In this document: piece after piece, positions 1 through 10,337 of the stretch | Layout of the letters: the number at the start of each line of letters is the position of its first letter | Numbering within the stretch: position 1 is the first letter of the stretch | From: Candidatus Asgardarchaeum abyssi | GTDB lineage: Archaea > Asgardarchaeota > Asgardarchaeia > Asgardarchaeales > Asgardarchaeaceae | DNA length: 42,792 nucleotides | Reading direction: 5' to 3' | Assembly: GCA_040225955.1 (NCBI GenBank) | Contig: JBECUL010000016.1 | Location: 1-42,792, forward strand | Notes under the pieces: generated by a model | The model's database searches: none | What the model was told of the DNA's origin: nothing | Seen by the model: only the letters and a program-made list of their open reading frames with translations | Translations under genes and position numbers: made by a program

Positions 1-386
1 ATTTTCTTGGTGCCCAGTAAATCTATCAGCATCGTTACAACGCGTCTGACCTCGTACTTGGAAACATTCAACTTAGCAGCTATCGCCTCTACGGTCTCAC
101 CACGTAGTATGAGTTTTAGGATTTCCTTCTGCCTTCTATATTTCTCATATATAGCTTCTAATGAGGTATTTTCGTTAAATGAATGACCATTGGGGCATCG
201 ATACTTCTGAACTCGCTTTCCACCGTTGCGATATTTCCGCGTTGAGCCGTTTTTGAAAGCGGGTAATCCGCATCTTGGGCAGTGGACATTGCCTTCTCCG
301 ATGGGTTTTGGTAGGGCGTCAAATTTAAAAACTTCTAGTTCGTCTATACTTAGGGGTACGATGATAACTTTGTGTTTTTGGGGCAT
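1..386 (-). CDS. Transposase N-terminus (Zn-ribbon + HTH), partial
   Basis: Hand translation from ATG 386: MPQKHKVII...VHCPRCGLPAFKNGSTRKYRNGGKRVQKYRCPNGHSF...ETVEAIAAKLNVSKYEVRRVV; InsA-like CxxC..KNG..QKYRC..H motif followed by an HTH; open to the window edge. Confidence 0.8.
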   Translation of the reverse strand, partial: MPQKHKVIIVPLSIDELEVFKFDALPKPIGEGNVHCPRCGLPAFKNGSTRKYRNGGKRVQKYRCPNGHSFNENTSLEAIYEKYRRQKEILKLILRGETVEAIAAKLNVSKYEVRRVVTMLIDLLGTKK

Positions 387-439
387 ACTCTACTCATCAT
401 CGTACCCCCTTTTTAAATCACCCATTCTCGGATGTTACC
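1..439 (-). mobile_element. Insertion sequence (IS1/IS6/IS1595-like), promoter-proximal end; truncated by window edge
   Basis: Transposase-like ORF on the minus strand plus terminal sequence GGTAACATCCGAGAATGGGTGAT (439-417, minus), which recurs as the termini of a MITE at 35585-35680. Confidence 0.8.
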
Positions 440-507
440 TTAAATTAAATAGGTATGAAAAGATGCATAAAACTTAAAAAACTGAGTTATATATCATAAA
501 TTAAAAT

Positions 508-596
508 GGGCCCGTGGCCTAGTCTGGATAAGGCGCAGGCCTGCGGAAGCTTATGTAGAGAGCCTGAGATCGGGGGTTCGAATCCCCCCGGGCCCG
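508..596 (+). tRNA. tRNA-Arg(GCG) with 14-nt intron at 37/38 (547-560)
   Basis: GGGCCCG/CGGGCCC acceptor stem, CAGGC/GCCTG anticodon stem, GGTTCGAATCC T arm; BHB-type CTGC/GTAG helix with GGA and AGA bulges; no encoded CCA. Confidence 0.93.
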
Positions 597-599
597 TAC

Positions 600-1109
600 T
601 TAACGTCTTTTTCTTCTTTCCTTTTTCGGTACAAAAGCATATCTACTTTTTAGTTTAGAGGACACAAACATTCCTAGTAATGCTACCACAGTAGCTGAGA
701 ATATTTCAACGATTGAAAATATGTACTCAACTCTTAGTGTTCTTATATAATTTCTAGTCAATTCTGAAATTTGTTGGACGTTGTTTAAAATGAAAACTCC
801 AAAATAAGGTACATAGTATAATATTATCACTAGTGAGAGAGCTGCTATAGGAATTTCTATTTTCTCATAAGGCTTAGATTCCCAAAGGTCACACAGTGCA
901 TCTATAATGCTAATGTATACCGCTGTAATAACTATTGCTATACTTAATCCTGTGATAACTAATGTTTCCATAGAGTCTATAAGCAGCACATATTGAGCAT
1001 GATATATAATTGGAATTTGGATAATGATGCTAACGCCGAATGCAAATATTATCATAGAAATGTATGGAAATTTTCGCCAATTTATTGCCATTGGCATAGA
1101 ATCCACCAC
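600..1109 (-). CDS. Hypothetical membrane protein (~4 TM segments)
   Basis: 169-aa ORF with hydrophobic segments and a basic C-tail; no family recognised. Confidence 0.6.
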   Translation of the reverse strand: MVDSMPMAINWRKFPYISMIIFAFGVSIIIQIPIIYHAQYVLLIDSMETLVITGLSIAIVITAVYISIIDALCDLWESKPYEKIEIPIAALSLVIILYYVPYFGVFILNNVQQISELTRNYIRTLRVEYIFSIVEIFSATVVALLGMFVSSKLKSRYAFVPKKERRKRR

Positions 1110-1313
1110 TTAAGTTAATATTTGCTGTCTACATAATTTGTGTCGTATATAAAAGGTTTATCTGTTCATGAAATTATAATTATCCTTGCATTGAGAGAAG
1201 AAAAGCATATATATTTTAATAGAAAAACTGGCGCCTAAAATATGGTTTATCAAAAAATATATAAAATGTATGTCGAAAGTTTCGTTTCAGAATAAAATGT
1301 TAGTGTGAGAAAA

Positions 1314-1718
1314 ATGCCAAGAGAAATAACATATAAAGGATATACGGTGGAAGAATTACAAAAAATGCCTTTAGAGGAATTTATGAAAATAGTGCCATCG
1401 CGGCAGAGAAGATCCCTTAAGCGCGGATTTACTGAACCTCAACTTAAACTACTGGAGAAAATAAGGAAAGCAAAGAAACTATTAGCTCAAGGAAAACAAG
1501 TGAGGATAAGAACGCATGTACGTGACATGATTATAATTCCAGAGATGATAGGTCTAACAATAGAAGTTCATAATGGGAAGGTTTTCATACCAGTAACCAT
1601 TACTGTCGAACATCTTGGACATTATCTGGGTGAGTTTGCTATAACTAACAAAAGGGTGGTACATGGAGCTCCAGGCGTTGGTGCTACTAGAAGCTCACAA
1701 TATGTTCCACTTAAATGA
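1314..1718 (+). CDS. rps19p: 30S ribosomal protein S19 (uS19)
   Basis: [36 protein letters not shown]. Confidence 0.97.
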   Translation: MPREITYKGYTVEELQKMPLEEFMKIVPSRQRRSLKRGFTEPQLKLLEKIRKAKKLLAQGKQVRIRTHVRDMIIIPEMIGLTIEVHNGKVFIPVTITVEHLGHYLGEFAITNKRVVHGAPGVGATRSSQYVPLK

Positions 1719-1828
1719 TAATATTTTTATAATGCTGTTTCGAGTTGTTTCGATGTTTACAAGTTCGTTTCCTAAGAGAATCAATTGTTGATAATGAGTA
1801 TATTAATTAGTTCACGGAGATGTTAGGA

Positions 1829-2299
1829 ATGCCAAAATTTGGATATTCAATAATTGGATTGGATCCCGCAAAAACAGCAAAGGCTAGTGGCAGGGATTTA
1901 AGAATATCATTTAAAGCTGCGCGAGAAATCTGTGCTACGATTAAGGGAATGAAGCTTCTTGACGCTAAAGATTATCTTGAAAAAGTCATTGCAATGAAGG
2001 AAATGGTGCCATTCAGAAGGTATTTTAAAAAACAAGCACATCATGCCGATAAACTTAGAAGATGGAAATGGTTTACTGGTCGATATCCTGTTAAAGCTGC
2101 TAAGCACATCTTGAAAGTATTAGAGAATGTAGAAGCTAATGCTGAGGATAAAGGATTAGACGTAAGTAGACTTAGAATAATCCATGCAGCAGCTCAGAAA
2201 GGAATGAAGATTAAGAAATATATACCAAGAGCTTTTGGAAGAGCCACATCATATTTTGAGCAGTTAACACACGTTGAAATTGCTGTTAAAGAGGAGTAA
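1829..2299 (+). CDS. rpl22p: 50S ribosomal protein L22 (uL22)
   Basis: GRYPVKAA, PRAFGRA, HVEI motifs. Confidence 0.97.
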   Translation: MPKFGYSIIGLDPAKTAKASGRDLRISFKAAREICATIKGMKLLDAKDYLEKVIAMKEMVPFRRYFKKQAHHADKLRRWKWFTGRYPVKAAKHILKVLENVEANAEDKGLDVSRLRIIHAAAQKGMKIKKYIPRAFGRATSYFEQLTHVEIAVKEE

Positions 2300-2310
2300 G
2301 AGGGATTTAT

Positions 2311-2979
2311 ATGAAAGCAAAACAACATTTTTTAAGTCGTGGTATTCTCAAAATGAGATTGGATGAATATCTTGAGAACGAACTGGCTAGGGCTGGATAT
2401 GGTGGAGTTAATTTAGTAAAAACACCACTTGGAACACGTGTTATAATTAAAGCGGCTCGTCCTGGTATAGTAATAGGTAGGCATGGTAGAACCGTTCGAG
2501 AATTAACTGAAAAATTGCAAGAGCTTTTTCAAATTGAAAACCCCCAAATAGAGGTTGAAGAAATAACAACCCCTGAATTAAATGCGAGAGTTATGGCTGC
2601 ACGTCTTGCATCTGCTTTGCAAAGAGGAATCCATTTTCGTAGGGCTGGCTACTCTGTTCTTAGAAGAATAATGGGTGCTGGTGCTAAGGGTGTAGAAATT
2701 ATAATAAGTGGTAAACTAACTGGTCAGAGGGCTAAGTATCAAAAATTTAGAGCTGGTGTGGTTCTCAAAGCTGGTGAGCCTGCTATGAAATATGTTGATG
2801 AAGCAACAACTTCTGTTGTTCTAAAGCCAGGAGTCTTAGGTGTTACTGTGAGGATAATGAAACCAGATGCAGAATTACCAGATGCTATTGAAATAATAGA
2901 GGGTGTAGAATTTGAAGAAGGTGAGCTTCCTAAAGAAGAAAAACCCTCTGAGGAGACTAAAGAGCAGGAGAGTGAATAA
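2311..2979 (+). CDS. rps3p: 30S ribosomal protein S3 (uS3)
   Basis: KH domain PGIVIGRHG, GAKGVEIIISGKL. Confidence 0.97.
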   Translation: MKAKQHFLSRGILKMRLDEYLENELARAGYGGVNLVKTPLGTRVIIKAARPGIVIGRHGRTVRELTEKLQELFQIENPQIEVEEITTPELNARVMAARLASALQRGIHFRRAGYSVLRRIMGAGAKGVEIIISGKLTGQRAKYQKFRAGVVLKAGEPAMKYVDEATTSVVLKPGVLGVTVRIMKPDAELPDAIEIIEGVEFEEGELPKEEKPSEETKEQESE

Positions 2980-2981
2980 AT

Positions 2982-3185
2982 ATGGGAATTTATAAAATGC
3001 GTGAAATAAGAGCCTGGGATCCAAGAGAGCGTGAAAAGAAATTGGCAGATTTACGTGCTGAATTAATTAGGTTAAGAACAAACCCTACCATGCTTGAGAA
3101 TACGTCTCAGATTAGAGAAATACGTAGAACTATAGCTAGAATACTAACTGTTATACGAGAGGAGCAACTAAAAAAATCAAAGTGA
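2982..3185 (+). CDS. rpl29p: 50S ribosomal protein L29 (uL29)
   Basis: IREIRRTIARILT; operon position. Confidence 0.95.
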   Translation: MGIYKMREIRAWDPREREKKLADLRAELIRLRTNPTMLENTSQIREIRRTIARILTVIREEQLKKSK

Positions 3186-3198
3186 GTGGCTGAACATC

Positions 3199-3486
3199 AT
3201 GAAAATAACTCCGCAAAATTTAATTAACCATGAATTAATAGGCCTCAAAGTTATAGTTCATGATCATACAAATCCCTCTTTTAAGAATATTAATGGAATA
3301 GTAGTATATGAAACTAAAAACATGTTGCATATTAAAAATCCCGAAGGGAAAGTATATAAAATATCAAAGAAGGATGGTGTATTTCGTTTCATAATATCTG
3401 ATGATTGTATTGTTGAGGTGGATGGTAAAATTATTAATAAACGACCTGAAGATAGAATAAAAATTCATCTCAGAAGGAGATGGTAA
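3199..3486 (+). CDS. rnp1: RNase P protein component 1 (Rpp29/Pop4)
   Basis: [21 protein letters not shown]; conserved position. Confidence 0.93.
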   Translation: MKITPQNLINHELIGLKVIVHDHTNPSFKNINGIVVYETKNMLHIKNPEGKVYKISKKDGVFRFIISDDCIVEVDGKIINKRPEDRIKIHLRRRW

Positions 3487-3821
3487 GAGTGCGAAATATA
3501 GGAATTCCAGTAAAAAACCCGCCGAAAGAGGAATGCGATGATCCACTATGTCCTTATCATGGTAATCTTCCAGTTCGTGGTAGAATATTAGAAGGAATAG
3601 TGGTTAGTGACAAAATGAAGAGGACTGTAGTTATTAAGAGAGAATATGCTTGGTATGTCAAAAAATACAAAAGATATGAAATGAGAACATCCAAAATAGC
3701 TGCGCATAATCCCCCTTGTATCAATGCAAAGGTTGGCGATAAAGTTAAAATTGCTGAATGCAGACCTCTTAGTAAAACAGTATCATTTGTTGTTATTGAG
3801 AAATTATCGGAGAGTGAATAA
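3480..3821 (+). CDS. rps17p: 30S ribosomal protein S17 (uS17)
   Basis: [18 protein letters not shown]. Confidence 0.97.
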   Translation: MVRVRNIGIPVKNPPKEECDDPLCPYHGNLPVRGRILEGIVVSDKMKRTVVIKREYAWYVKKYKRYEMRTSKIAAHNPPCINAKVGDKVKIAECRPLSKTVSFVVIEKLSESE

Positions 3822-3823
3822 CT

Positions 3824-4243
3824 ATGTCCAAAAGAACAGGCACTGGTGTGGTAATAAAGGAGGTTGTATCTCGAGGTTTACCAGTAGGTGCTATTCTAAA
3901 ATGTGCTGATAACAGTGGCGCAAAAACAATGCAAATAATATCCGTTATCGGTTACAAGACTAGATTGAATAGATACCCAACGGCAGCTGTTGGTGACATG
4001 GTTGTAGTAACTGTTAAAACGGGAAAGCCAGAAATGAGAAAGAAAGTATGGCGTGCTATAGTAGTAAGACAAAGAAAGCCATATCGCAGAAGAGATGGAA
4101 CATGGATTCAGTTTGAAGATAATGCTGGTGTTATAGTCGATGAAAACGGAAATCCTAAGGGGTCTGAAATAAGAGGCCCTATTGCGAGAGAGGCTGCTGA
4201 GCGTTGGACGAACGTTGCTAAAATTGCAAAAATGATTGTTTGA
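3824..4243 (+). CDS. rpl14p: 50S ribosomal protein L14 (uL14)
   Basis: [23 protein letters not shown]. Confidence 0.97.
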   Translation: MSKRTGTGVVIKEVVSRGLPVGAILKCADNSGAKTMQIISVIGYKTRLNRYPTAAVGDMVVVTVKTGKPEMRKKVWRAIVVRQRKPYRRRDGTWIQFEDNAGVIVDENGNPKGSEIRGPIAREAAERWTNVAKIAKMIV

Positions 4244-4253
4244 GGTGAATGAG

Positions 4254-4634
4254 ATGGTATCTACTCAACCAAGAAAACAAAGGAAGTTTTTATATGAAGC
4301 ACCACATCATAAAAGGGCTAAAATGATGTGCGCTCCTTTATCTCCAGAACTTAGAGCTCAATATGGTTTTCGTAGTTTACCGGTTAGAGAGGGCGATACT
4401 GTTATTGTTACAAGTGGTATTTATAAGAATTATGAGGGTACTGTAGAGAAAGTAGATAGAAAAAAATATCGCGTGTACATATCTGGAGTGACTATGGAAA
4501 AGGTTGATGGAACAACAGTTCCAGTTCCTATTCATCATAGTAAGGTTATGATTGTTAAATTAAATCTTAAGGATAAATGGAGACAAAAAATTATTGAGAG
4601 AAAGCAAGCTGCAAGAGGTGTGGTTGAAGAATGA
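4254..4634 (+). CDS. rpl24p: 50S ribosomal protein L24 (uL24)
   Basis: QPRKQRK, RSLPVREGD, KOW motif; SD GAGGTGA upstream of ATG 4254. Confidence 0.96.
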   Translation: MVSTQPRKQRKFLYEAPHHKRAKMMCAPLSPELRAQYGFRSLPVREGDTVIVTSGIYKNYEGTVEKVDRKKYRVYISGVTMEKVDGTTVPVPIHHSKVMIVKLNLKDKWRQKIIERKQAARGVVEE

Positions 4635-5386
4635 CACGTAAGAGTGGTAGCTTAAAGCTAAAAAGAATAGCAGCGCCAAAGATATGGCCTATTCATCGGA
4701 AGGCCTATAAGTATATTATTAGGCCCAGACCTGGTCCTCATCCTAAGGACTTTTCTTTACCATTATTAATTATTCTTCGTGATATATTAGGAGTTGCTAA
4801 AACTAAAAGGGAAGCAAAAAGAATTCTAGCTGAAGGAAAAGTGAAGGTGGATGGTAAAATCCGTAAAGAGTTGGGTTACCCAGTCGGTATGATGGACGTC
4901 CTTGAGCTAGTTCCTTCTGGGGAGGTATATAGAATTCTTCCAAGTACGAAAGGGCGTTTAATTTTACATCCAATTTCTAAAGACGAATCCAATTTTAAAC
5001 TATGTTCAATTTATAATAAAACAACGGTAAGAGGAGGACATATACAGTTAAACTTACATGATGGTCGAAATGTTCTAATAAGAGTGAAGAATCCCGAAAA
5101 TCCAGAAGAAGATGTCTACAAGACTCTTGATGTTATTAAACTTGCAATACCTGAACAAAAAATATTAGATCACATACCATTTAAAGAAGGGGTGTTGGCA
5201 TTAATAATATATGGTAAAAATATGGGCAAAATAGGAAAAATTACAAAAATTGTGAAAACTCAAAGCCCTCACGCTAATGTTGCTGAACTTGTAACATTAG
5301 ATGGTGAAAAAATAGAAACTACGACCAAATATGTATTTCCAATAGGGTATGATAAACCTATAATCTCCATGCCGGAGATGAGCTAA
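4631..5386 (+). CDS. rps4e: 30S ribosomal protein S4e
   Basis: [20 protein letters not shown]. Confidence 0.97.
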   Translation: MTRKSGSLKLKRIAAPKIWPIHRKAYKYIIRPRPGPHPKDFSLPLLIILRDILGVAKTKREAKRILAEGKVKVDGKIRKELGYPVGMMDVLELVPSGEVYRILPSTKGRLILHPISKDESNFKLCSIYNKTTVRGGHIQLNLHDGRNVLIRVKNPENPEEDVYKTLDVIKLAIPEQKILDHIPFKEGVLALIIYGKNMGKIGKITKIVKTQSPHANVAELVTLDGEKIETTTKYVFPIGYDKPIISMPEMS

Positions 5387-5387
5387 A

Positions 5388-5921
5388 ATGTCTGACTATG
5401 TCAAGGATTGGGAAGAACATCCTATGAGAAAACCATTTGTCGCGAAGGTTACAGTTAATATGGGTGTAGGACAGTCAGGTGAGCGTTTAGAGAAAGCAGT
5501 TAAGGTATTGGAGAGAATAACTGGGCAGAAGCCAGTAAAAACACGGGCTAAAAAAACCGTAAGAGAATGGGGTATTCGTAAAAAGGAACCAATCGCATGT
5601 AAGGTTACACTTAGAGGAGAAAAGGCTGTTGAATTTCTTAAAAAAGCATTATATGTAGTTGATAACAAACTCCCAGCTAGTTGTTTTGATGAATATGGTA
5701 ATTTTTCGTTTGGAATAAAAGAACATATAGATTTACCAGGAGTGAAATACGATCCAGAACTAGGAATTTTTGGTATGGATGTTTGTGTCACGTTAGAACG
5801 ACCTGGATTTAGAGTAAAAAGAAGAAAGATTAAAAGGTCTAAAATTGGTCGCAAACATTTGCTTACAAAGGAAGAAGCAATTGAATTCACTAAGCATGAG
5901 TTTGGTGTTACAATAGTTTGA
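5388..5921 (+). CDS. rpl5p: 50S ribosomal protein L5 (uL5)
   Basis: [21 protein letters not shown]. Confidence 0.97.
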   Translation: MSDYVKDWEEHPMRKPFVAKVTVNMGVGQSGERLEKAVKVLERITGQKPVKTRAKKTVREWGIRKKEPIACKVTLRGEKAVEFLKKALYVVDNKLPASCFDEYGNFSFGIKEHIDLPGVKYDPELGIFGMDVCVTLERPGFRVKRRKIKRSKIGRKHLLTKEEAIEFTKHEFGVTIV

Positions 5922-5931
5922 GGTGTTAATA

Positions 5932-6090
5932 ATGTCTGATAAAAAACAAGTGAGAAGGATTGGTAAGGGATCCAGACGATGTAGAAGATGTGGAACGACA
6001 GTGGGGCTTATTAGAAGTCATGGTTTATACCTTTGTAGACGTTGTTTCAGAGAAGTTGCCGAACAACTAGGATTTAGAAAATATGAGTAG
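5932..6090 (+). CDS. rps14p: 30S ribosomal protein S14 (uS14, Zn-binding); missed by ORF track
   Basis: Hand translation: [21 protein letters not shown]...[19 protein letters not shown] (52 aa). Confidence 0.95.
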   Translation: MSDKKQVRRIGKGSRRCRRCGTTVGLIRSHGLYLCRRCFREVAEQLGFRKYE

Positions 6091-6098
6091 GTGATACT

Positions 6099-6488
6099 AT
6101 GTCACGAATGGATATATTAGCTGATGCTCTTTCAGCTATTATGAATGCATCTGTATTAGGAAAATCTGAAGTTGTAGTTCCTAGAAGTAAACTAGTAGGT
6201 GCGGTTTTGTATGAAATGCAGAAAGCAGGATATATTGGTATGTTTGAAATAATAGACGATGGTCGCGGTGGAAAAATAAAGGTTCAATTACTTGGTAGGA
6301 TAAACAAATGCGGGGCTATAAAGCCTAGGTTCTCGTTTAAGAAGAATGAGCTAGACAAGTGGGTAAGACATTTTTTGCCAGCAAGAGGTATAGGTATTGT
6401 TATCGTTTCAACGTCACAAGGCATAATGTCTCATGAGGAAGCTATGAAAAGAGGGTTAGGTGGTGTATTACTGGCTTATGTTTACTGA
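6099..6488 (+). CDS. rps8p: 30S ribosomal protein S8 (uS8)
   Basis: [28 protein letters not shown]. Confidence 0.97.
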   Translation: MSRMDILADALSAIMNASVLGKSEVVVPRSKLVGAVLYEMQKAGYIGMFEIIDDGRGGKIKVQLLGRINKCGAIKPRFSFKKNELDKWVRHFLPARGIGIVIVSTSQGIMSHEEAMKRGLGGVLLAYVY

Positions 6489-6526
6489 GAATCATATGAC
6501 TAAGTAATTAAATTGGAGGTATAGTT

Positions 6527-7078
6527 ATGGGAAAAACCCCAATTGCTCGTGAGGAAATAGAAATTCCAGAGAATGTAGAGGTAACATTAAATGGTAAAGT
6601 TGTTACAATAAGAGGACCGAAGGGTGAAATTACCAAAGATTTTTCACATACTATTGTTAATATTAAAAGCTCTGATAATAAAATAATTGTTGAATATATC
6701 TTCCCAAGGAAGCGAGAAAAAGCCCAAGTAGGAACAGTAGCAGCTCATATTAGAAACATGATTAAGGGAGTAACTGAGGGGTTCGTATATAAGATGAAAA
6801 TTGTTTATTCTCACTTTCCATTCACCGTTCGAGTTGAGGGGAAAAATATAATTATTGAGAATTTCCTAGGAGAACGAGCTCCTCGAGTAGCGAAAATATT
6901 TGGAAATGCTAGAGTATCTGTTAAGGGTGATGATGTAATAATTGAAGGTATTGACATAGAGGAAGTGGGACAAACAGCCGCAAATATACGAAGAGCAACA
7001 CGTATTAAAGATAAAGATCCTCGTGTGTTTATGGATGGAATTTATCTTTACGAGAAAGGAGGTAAACGAATTGTCTGA
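6527..7078 (+). CDS. rpl6p: 50S ribosomal protein L6 (uL6)
   Basis: YSHFP, NFLGE, DPRVFMDGIY. Confidence 0.97.
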   Translation: MGKTPIAREEIEIPENVEVTLNGKVVTIRGPKGEITKDFSHTIVNIKSSDNKIIVEYIFPRKREKAQVGTVAAHIRNMIKGVTEGFVYKMKIVYSHFPFTVRVEGKNIIIENFLGERAPRVAKIFGNARVSVKGDDVIIEGIDIEEVGQTAANIRRATRIKDKDPRVFMDGIYLYEKGGKRIV

Positions 7079-7547
7079 AAAAGCAAAGATCAATAGATTA
7101 CTGAAACTTCGAAAACTAATGAATAAAAAAAGACCAAAATTTATACGACAAGAAAGCTGGAGATATAAAAGAGTCCATCCTGAATGGAGAAGACCGCGTG
7201 GAATAGATAGCAAAATGGCTGAGAAAAGAAAAGGTTGGCCTAAGATGCCACAAATCGGATATGGTTCTCCTAAGTTAGTCAGACATTATCATCCTTCTGG
7301 TCGTCCTGAGGTTCTTATTCATAATGTTAAAGAGTTAGAATCATTAGATCCTGAAAAAGTAGTTCTTCGTATTGCGCATACAGTTGGTGAAAGAAAAAGA
7401 TTAGATATTGTTGAGCGAGCAAGTGAGCTCGGATTTAAGATAGTTAATGCTGCGCCAATAGAGGAAACTGCTGGTACGACCATTAGCGAAGAGGTCGAAG
7501 AAGGTGAAGAAATTAGCGAAGAAGAAACTAAGGAGGGATCAGAATGA
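7071..7547 (+). CDS. rpl32e: 50S ribosomal protein L32e (probable TTG start)
   Basis: FIRQES..WRRPRGIDSK, HPSG; SD GGAGGT before TTG 7071; acidic tail. Confidence 0.95.
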   Translation: MSEKAKINRLLKLRKLMNKKRPKFIRQESWRYKRVHPEWRRPRGIDSKMAEKRKGWPKMPQIGYGSPKLVRHYHPSGRPEVLIHNVKELESLDPEKVVLRIAHTVGERKRLDIVERASELGFKIVNAAPIEETAGTTISEEVEEGEEISEEETKEGSE

Positions 7548-8008
7548 GTGTTAGGATACAGCGTAGAATGGTTGCAAGAATGCTAGGTGTTGGTGTGGAA
7601 CGCGTTTGGATAGATCCAGAACGGGTAGATGAAGTTAGCTTAGCTATCAGGAAGGAGGATCTCAGAAAATTGATTCATGATGGTGCAATCAAAATAAAGT
7701 CAATCAAGGGTACCAGCAGAAGCAGAGCACGGATTCTTCATATGAAAAAGAAAAAAGGTTTACGTAGAGGTCATGGTAGTAGAAAGGGTAAAAAAACTGC
7801 ACGACTTTCTTCAAAACGCATTTGGGTGAATAAGGTACGTGCATTAAGAAAATACATAAGAAAGTTAAAGGAAAAGGGTTATATTGATGTAAGGACGTAT
7901 AGAACTCTTTATATAAAAGCTAGCAGCGGCGTCTTTCATAGTGTGAGGCACATAAGAATGCATCTTCTAGAGCAAGGTATATTAAAGGAGCGGGAGCAAA
8001 GTGGCTAG
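7544..8008 (+). CDS. rpl19e: 50S ribosomal protein L19e
   Basis: RVWIDP, GHGSRKG..AR. Confidence 0.97.
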   Translation: MSVRIQRRMVARMLGVGVERVWIDPERVDEVSLAIRKEDLRKLIHDGAIKIKSIKGTSRSRARILHMKKKKGLRRGHGSRKGKKTARLSSKRIWVNKVRALRKYIRKLKEKGYIDVRTYRTLYIKASSGVFHSVRHIRMHLLEQGILKEREQSG

Positions 8009-8594
8009 AGGGCCAAGATATAAAGTCCCTTTTAGAAGAAGAAGAGAAGGTAAAACAAATTACTATAAACGTCGTAGGCTTCTTCTCTCAGGAAAGCCTA
8101 GATTAATCATTAGAAAAACTCTTAAGCGTATTATTGCTCAAATAGCGATTGCTAAGTTAGAAGGTGATTATATTCTAGTGAACGCAGACTCTTACGAATT
8201 GAAAAAATATGGATGGTTAGGGAGTACTTCAAATACGCCTGCTGCATATTTGGTAGGTTTACTTATAGCTAAAAAGGCGCTTAGCAAAGGGATTACTGAA
8301 GTTGTGCCTGATATAGGACTAAATACACCATCTCCTGGTGCTAGAGTATTTGCAGCATTAAAGGGTGCTAAAGATGGTGGTCTTAAATTTAACTTAGGAG
8401 AAAAAGTAATCCCTGACGAATCTAGAATCAAAGGCGAACATATTGCCAGATATGCTGAAATATTGGAGAAGGAGAATCCACAAAGATTTAAATTGCAATT
8501 TTCTGAGTATTTAAAACGTAATTTTCATCCTAAAGATTTGCCTAAGCATTTTGATCAAATAAGGCAAAAAATACTCGAAGAATTTGGAGGTTAG
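8001..8594 (+). CDS. rpl18p: 50S ribosomal protein L18 (uL18)
   Basis: [19 protein letters not shown]. Confidence 0.97.
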   Translation: MARGPRYKVPFRRRREGKTNYYKRRRLLLSGKPRLIIRKTLKRIIAQIAIAKLEGDYILVNADSYELKKYGWLGSTSNTPAAYLVGLLIAKKALSKGITEVVPDIGLNTPSPGARVFAALKGAKDGGLKFNLGEKVIPDESRIKGEHIARYAEILEKENPQRFKLQFSEYLKRNFHPKDLPKHFDQIRQKILEEFGG

Positions 8595-8598
8595 TCTT

Positions 8599-9222
8599 AT
8601 GTCGAAATCTCTTGATGAGTGGATTCCGAGAACAAAACTGGGTAGATTAGTCAGAGAGGGACATATAACCAGTATTGATGAGATATTTCAACAAGCTTTG
8701 CCAATAAGAGAGGCTGAAATAATTGATATTCTATTGCCAAATCTCAGAGAGGAAGTAGTAGATATAAACCTTGTTCAGAAACAGACTGATGCTGGCGAGC
8801 TCTCAAAATTTAAGGTAACTGTTGTTGTTGGTAATGAAAATGGATACATTGGTATCGGAGAAGGGAAAGCAAGAGAAATTGGACCAGCAATAAGAATAGC
8901 TATACGGGATGCAAAAATGAATATAGTACCAGTTAGATTGGGATGTGGCAGCTGGGAGTGTGGTTGCGGTACACCACATTCTGTGCCGTTTAGAGTTGAA
9001 GGTAAAGCTGGAAGTGTTAGAGTCGTGTTATTTCCAGCACCACGAGGTACCGGTCTCGTAGCTGCTGACACAATAAAAGTAGTTCTAAGACTCGCTGGTG
9101 TAAAAGATGTAAGATCTTTTTCTAAGGGTCATACGAAGACTACCGTGAATTTCGTTAAGGCTACATATAATGCATTAAAAAATACATATAAAATTGTAGC
9201 TCCTTATGATTGGACACTATGA
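8599..9222 (+). CDS. rps5p: 30S ribosomal protein S5 (uS5)
   Basis: [29 protein letters not shown]. Confidence 0.97.
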   Translation: MSKSLDEWIPRTKLGRLVREGHITSIDEIFQQALPIREAEIIDILLPNLREEVVDINLVQKQTDAGELSKFKVTVVVGNENGYIGIGEGKAREIGPAIRIAIRDAKMNIVPVRLGCGSWECGCGTPHSVPFRVEGKAGSVRVVLFPAPRGTGLVAADTIKVVLRLAGVKDVRSFSKGHTKTTVNFVKATYNALKNTYKIVAPYDWTL

Positions 9223-9232
9223 GGGATTTAAA

Positions 9233-9724
9233 ATGAGTTCATCAGATAATAATAAAAGGTTACTTGCAGTTATACGTATTAGGGGAATCCCAAGCATAAA
9301 TCCAGATGCTAGTCATACACTTGCACTATTAAGACTGCATAAAAGAAATCACTTAGTATTGGTTCATAACGTAAAAGATATTATAGGGATGCTTAGGAAA
9401 GCAAAAGATTACATAACATGGGGTGAGATATCTCTCGAAACTCTGGAGAAGCTTTTAAGGAAACGAGGGCGTATTATAGGTAATAAAAAATTAACCGACG
9501 AGTTTGTAAAAAGTAATACTAAATTTTCAGGTATTTCTGAGTTAGCTAAGGCTCTTTATAACTGTGAGATAAAGTTAACTGATATTCCTCAGATAAAACC
9601 CGTATTTAGATTAAATTCACCATCGGGTGGTTTTAAGAAATCAATTAAAAGGCCTTATGGTGATGGTGGAGAATTAGGATATCGTGGTGAGGATATAAAT
9701 AAACTTATAGAAAGAATGATGTGA
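9233..9724 (+). CDS. rpl30p: 50S ribosomal protein L30 (uL30, long archaeal form)
   Basis: VIRIRG, YITWGE, GELGYRG..INKLIERM. Confidence 0.96.
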   Translation: MSSSDNNKRLLAVIRIRGIPSINPDASHTLALLRLHKRNHLVLVHNVKDIIGMLRKAKDYITWGEISLETLEKLLRKRGRIIGNKKLTDEFVKSNTKFSGISELAKALYNCEIKLTDIPQIKPVFRLNSPSGGFKKSIKRPYGDGGELGYRGEDINKLIERMM

Positions 9725-9737
9725 TTGGTGATAACCT

Positions 9738-10214
9738 ATGGTAGTTCATCGAAGAAAAAAGGTTAGAAAGATGAGAGGAAGCCGAACGCACGGCTATGGT
9801 AGAGTAGGGCAGCATAGAAAAAGTGGGCAAAGAGGTGGAAAAGGAAAAGCTGGAAGACATAAACACCTTTGGAGTTACGTTATTAAGTATGAACCAGATT
9901 ATTTTGGCAAACATGGTTTTCATAGACCATTTGCTGTACAAAGAATGCCCCTCACAATCAATATAGGTGAACTTGATGAAATGGTAGACCTGTTGTTGGA
10001 TAAAGGATATGCAGAGAAAGTAGGTGATGTAATAAAAATGGATTTAACAAAGCTTCATGTTGATAAACTACTTGGTAACGGAAAGGTTAGACATAAGTTT
10101 CATATAGTTGTTAATAATGCCACAGAAAAGGCAATTCAAAAAATAAAAGCTGCTGGAGGAAATATTGAAATATTAGAAAAAGAAAATTCTGAGGAGCAAG
10201 ATCTTAATGAATAA
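9738..10214 (+). CDS. rpl15p: 50S ribosomal protein L15 (uL15)
   Basis: RGSRTHGYG, YFGKHGF, KIKAAGG. Confidence 0.96.
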   Translation: MVVHRRKKVRKMRGSRTHGYGRVGQHRKSGQRGGKGKAGRHKHLWSYVIKYEPDYFGKHGFHRPFAVQRMPLTINIGELDEMVDLLLDKGYAEKVGDVIKMDLTKLHVDKLLGNGKVRHKFHIVVNNATEKAIQKIKAAGGNIEILEKENSEEQDLNE

Positions 10215-10337
10215 TTACTATATAATAAGTATAGACACAGATAATATCTTGTTTCTTTTAGATAACTTTACTATTACATTTTTGGATCATTTCAATGATG
10301 TGTCCCCTGTTATCGTTATTCGTTAACGGGTGGTATT

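Noticed and set aside
226-477. 83-aa plus-strand ORF
   Set aside because: Antisense shadow of the transposase and IS end; no motifs
1270-1775. AAGTT(T)CGTTTC-like motif upstream of both rps19 and rpl22
   Set aside because: Only two short imperfect copies; cannot be distinguished from chance
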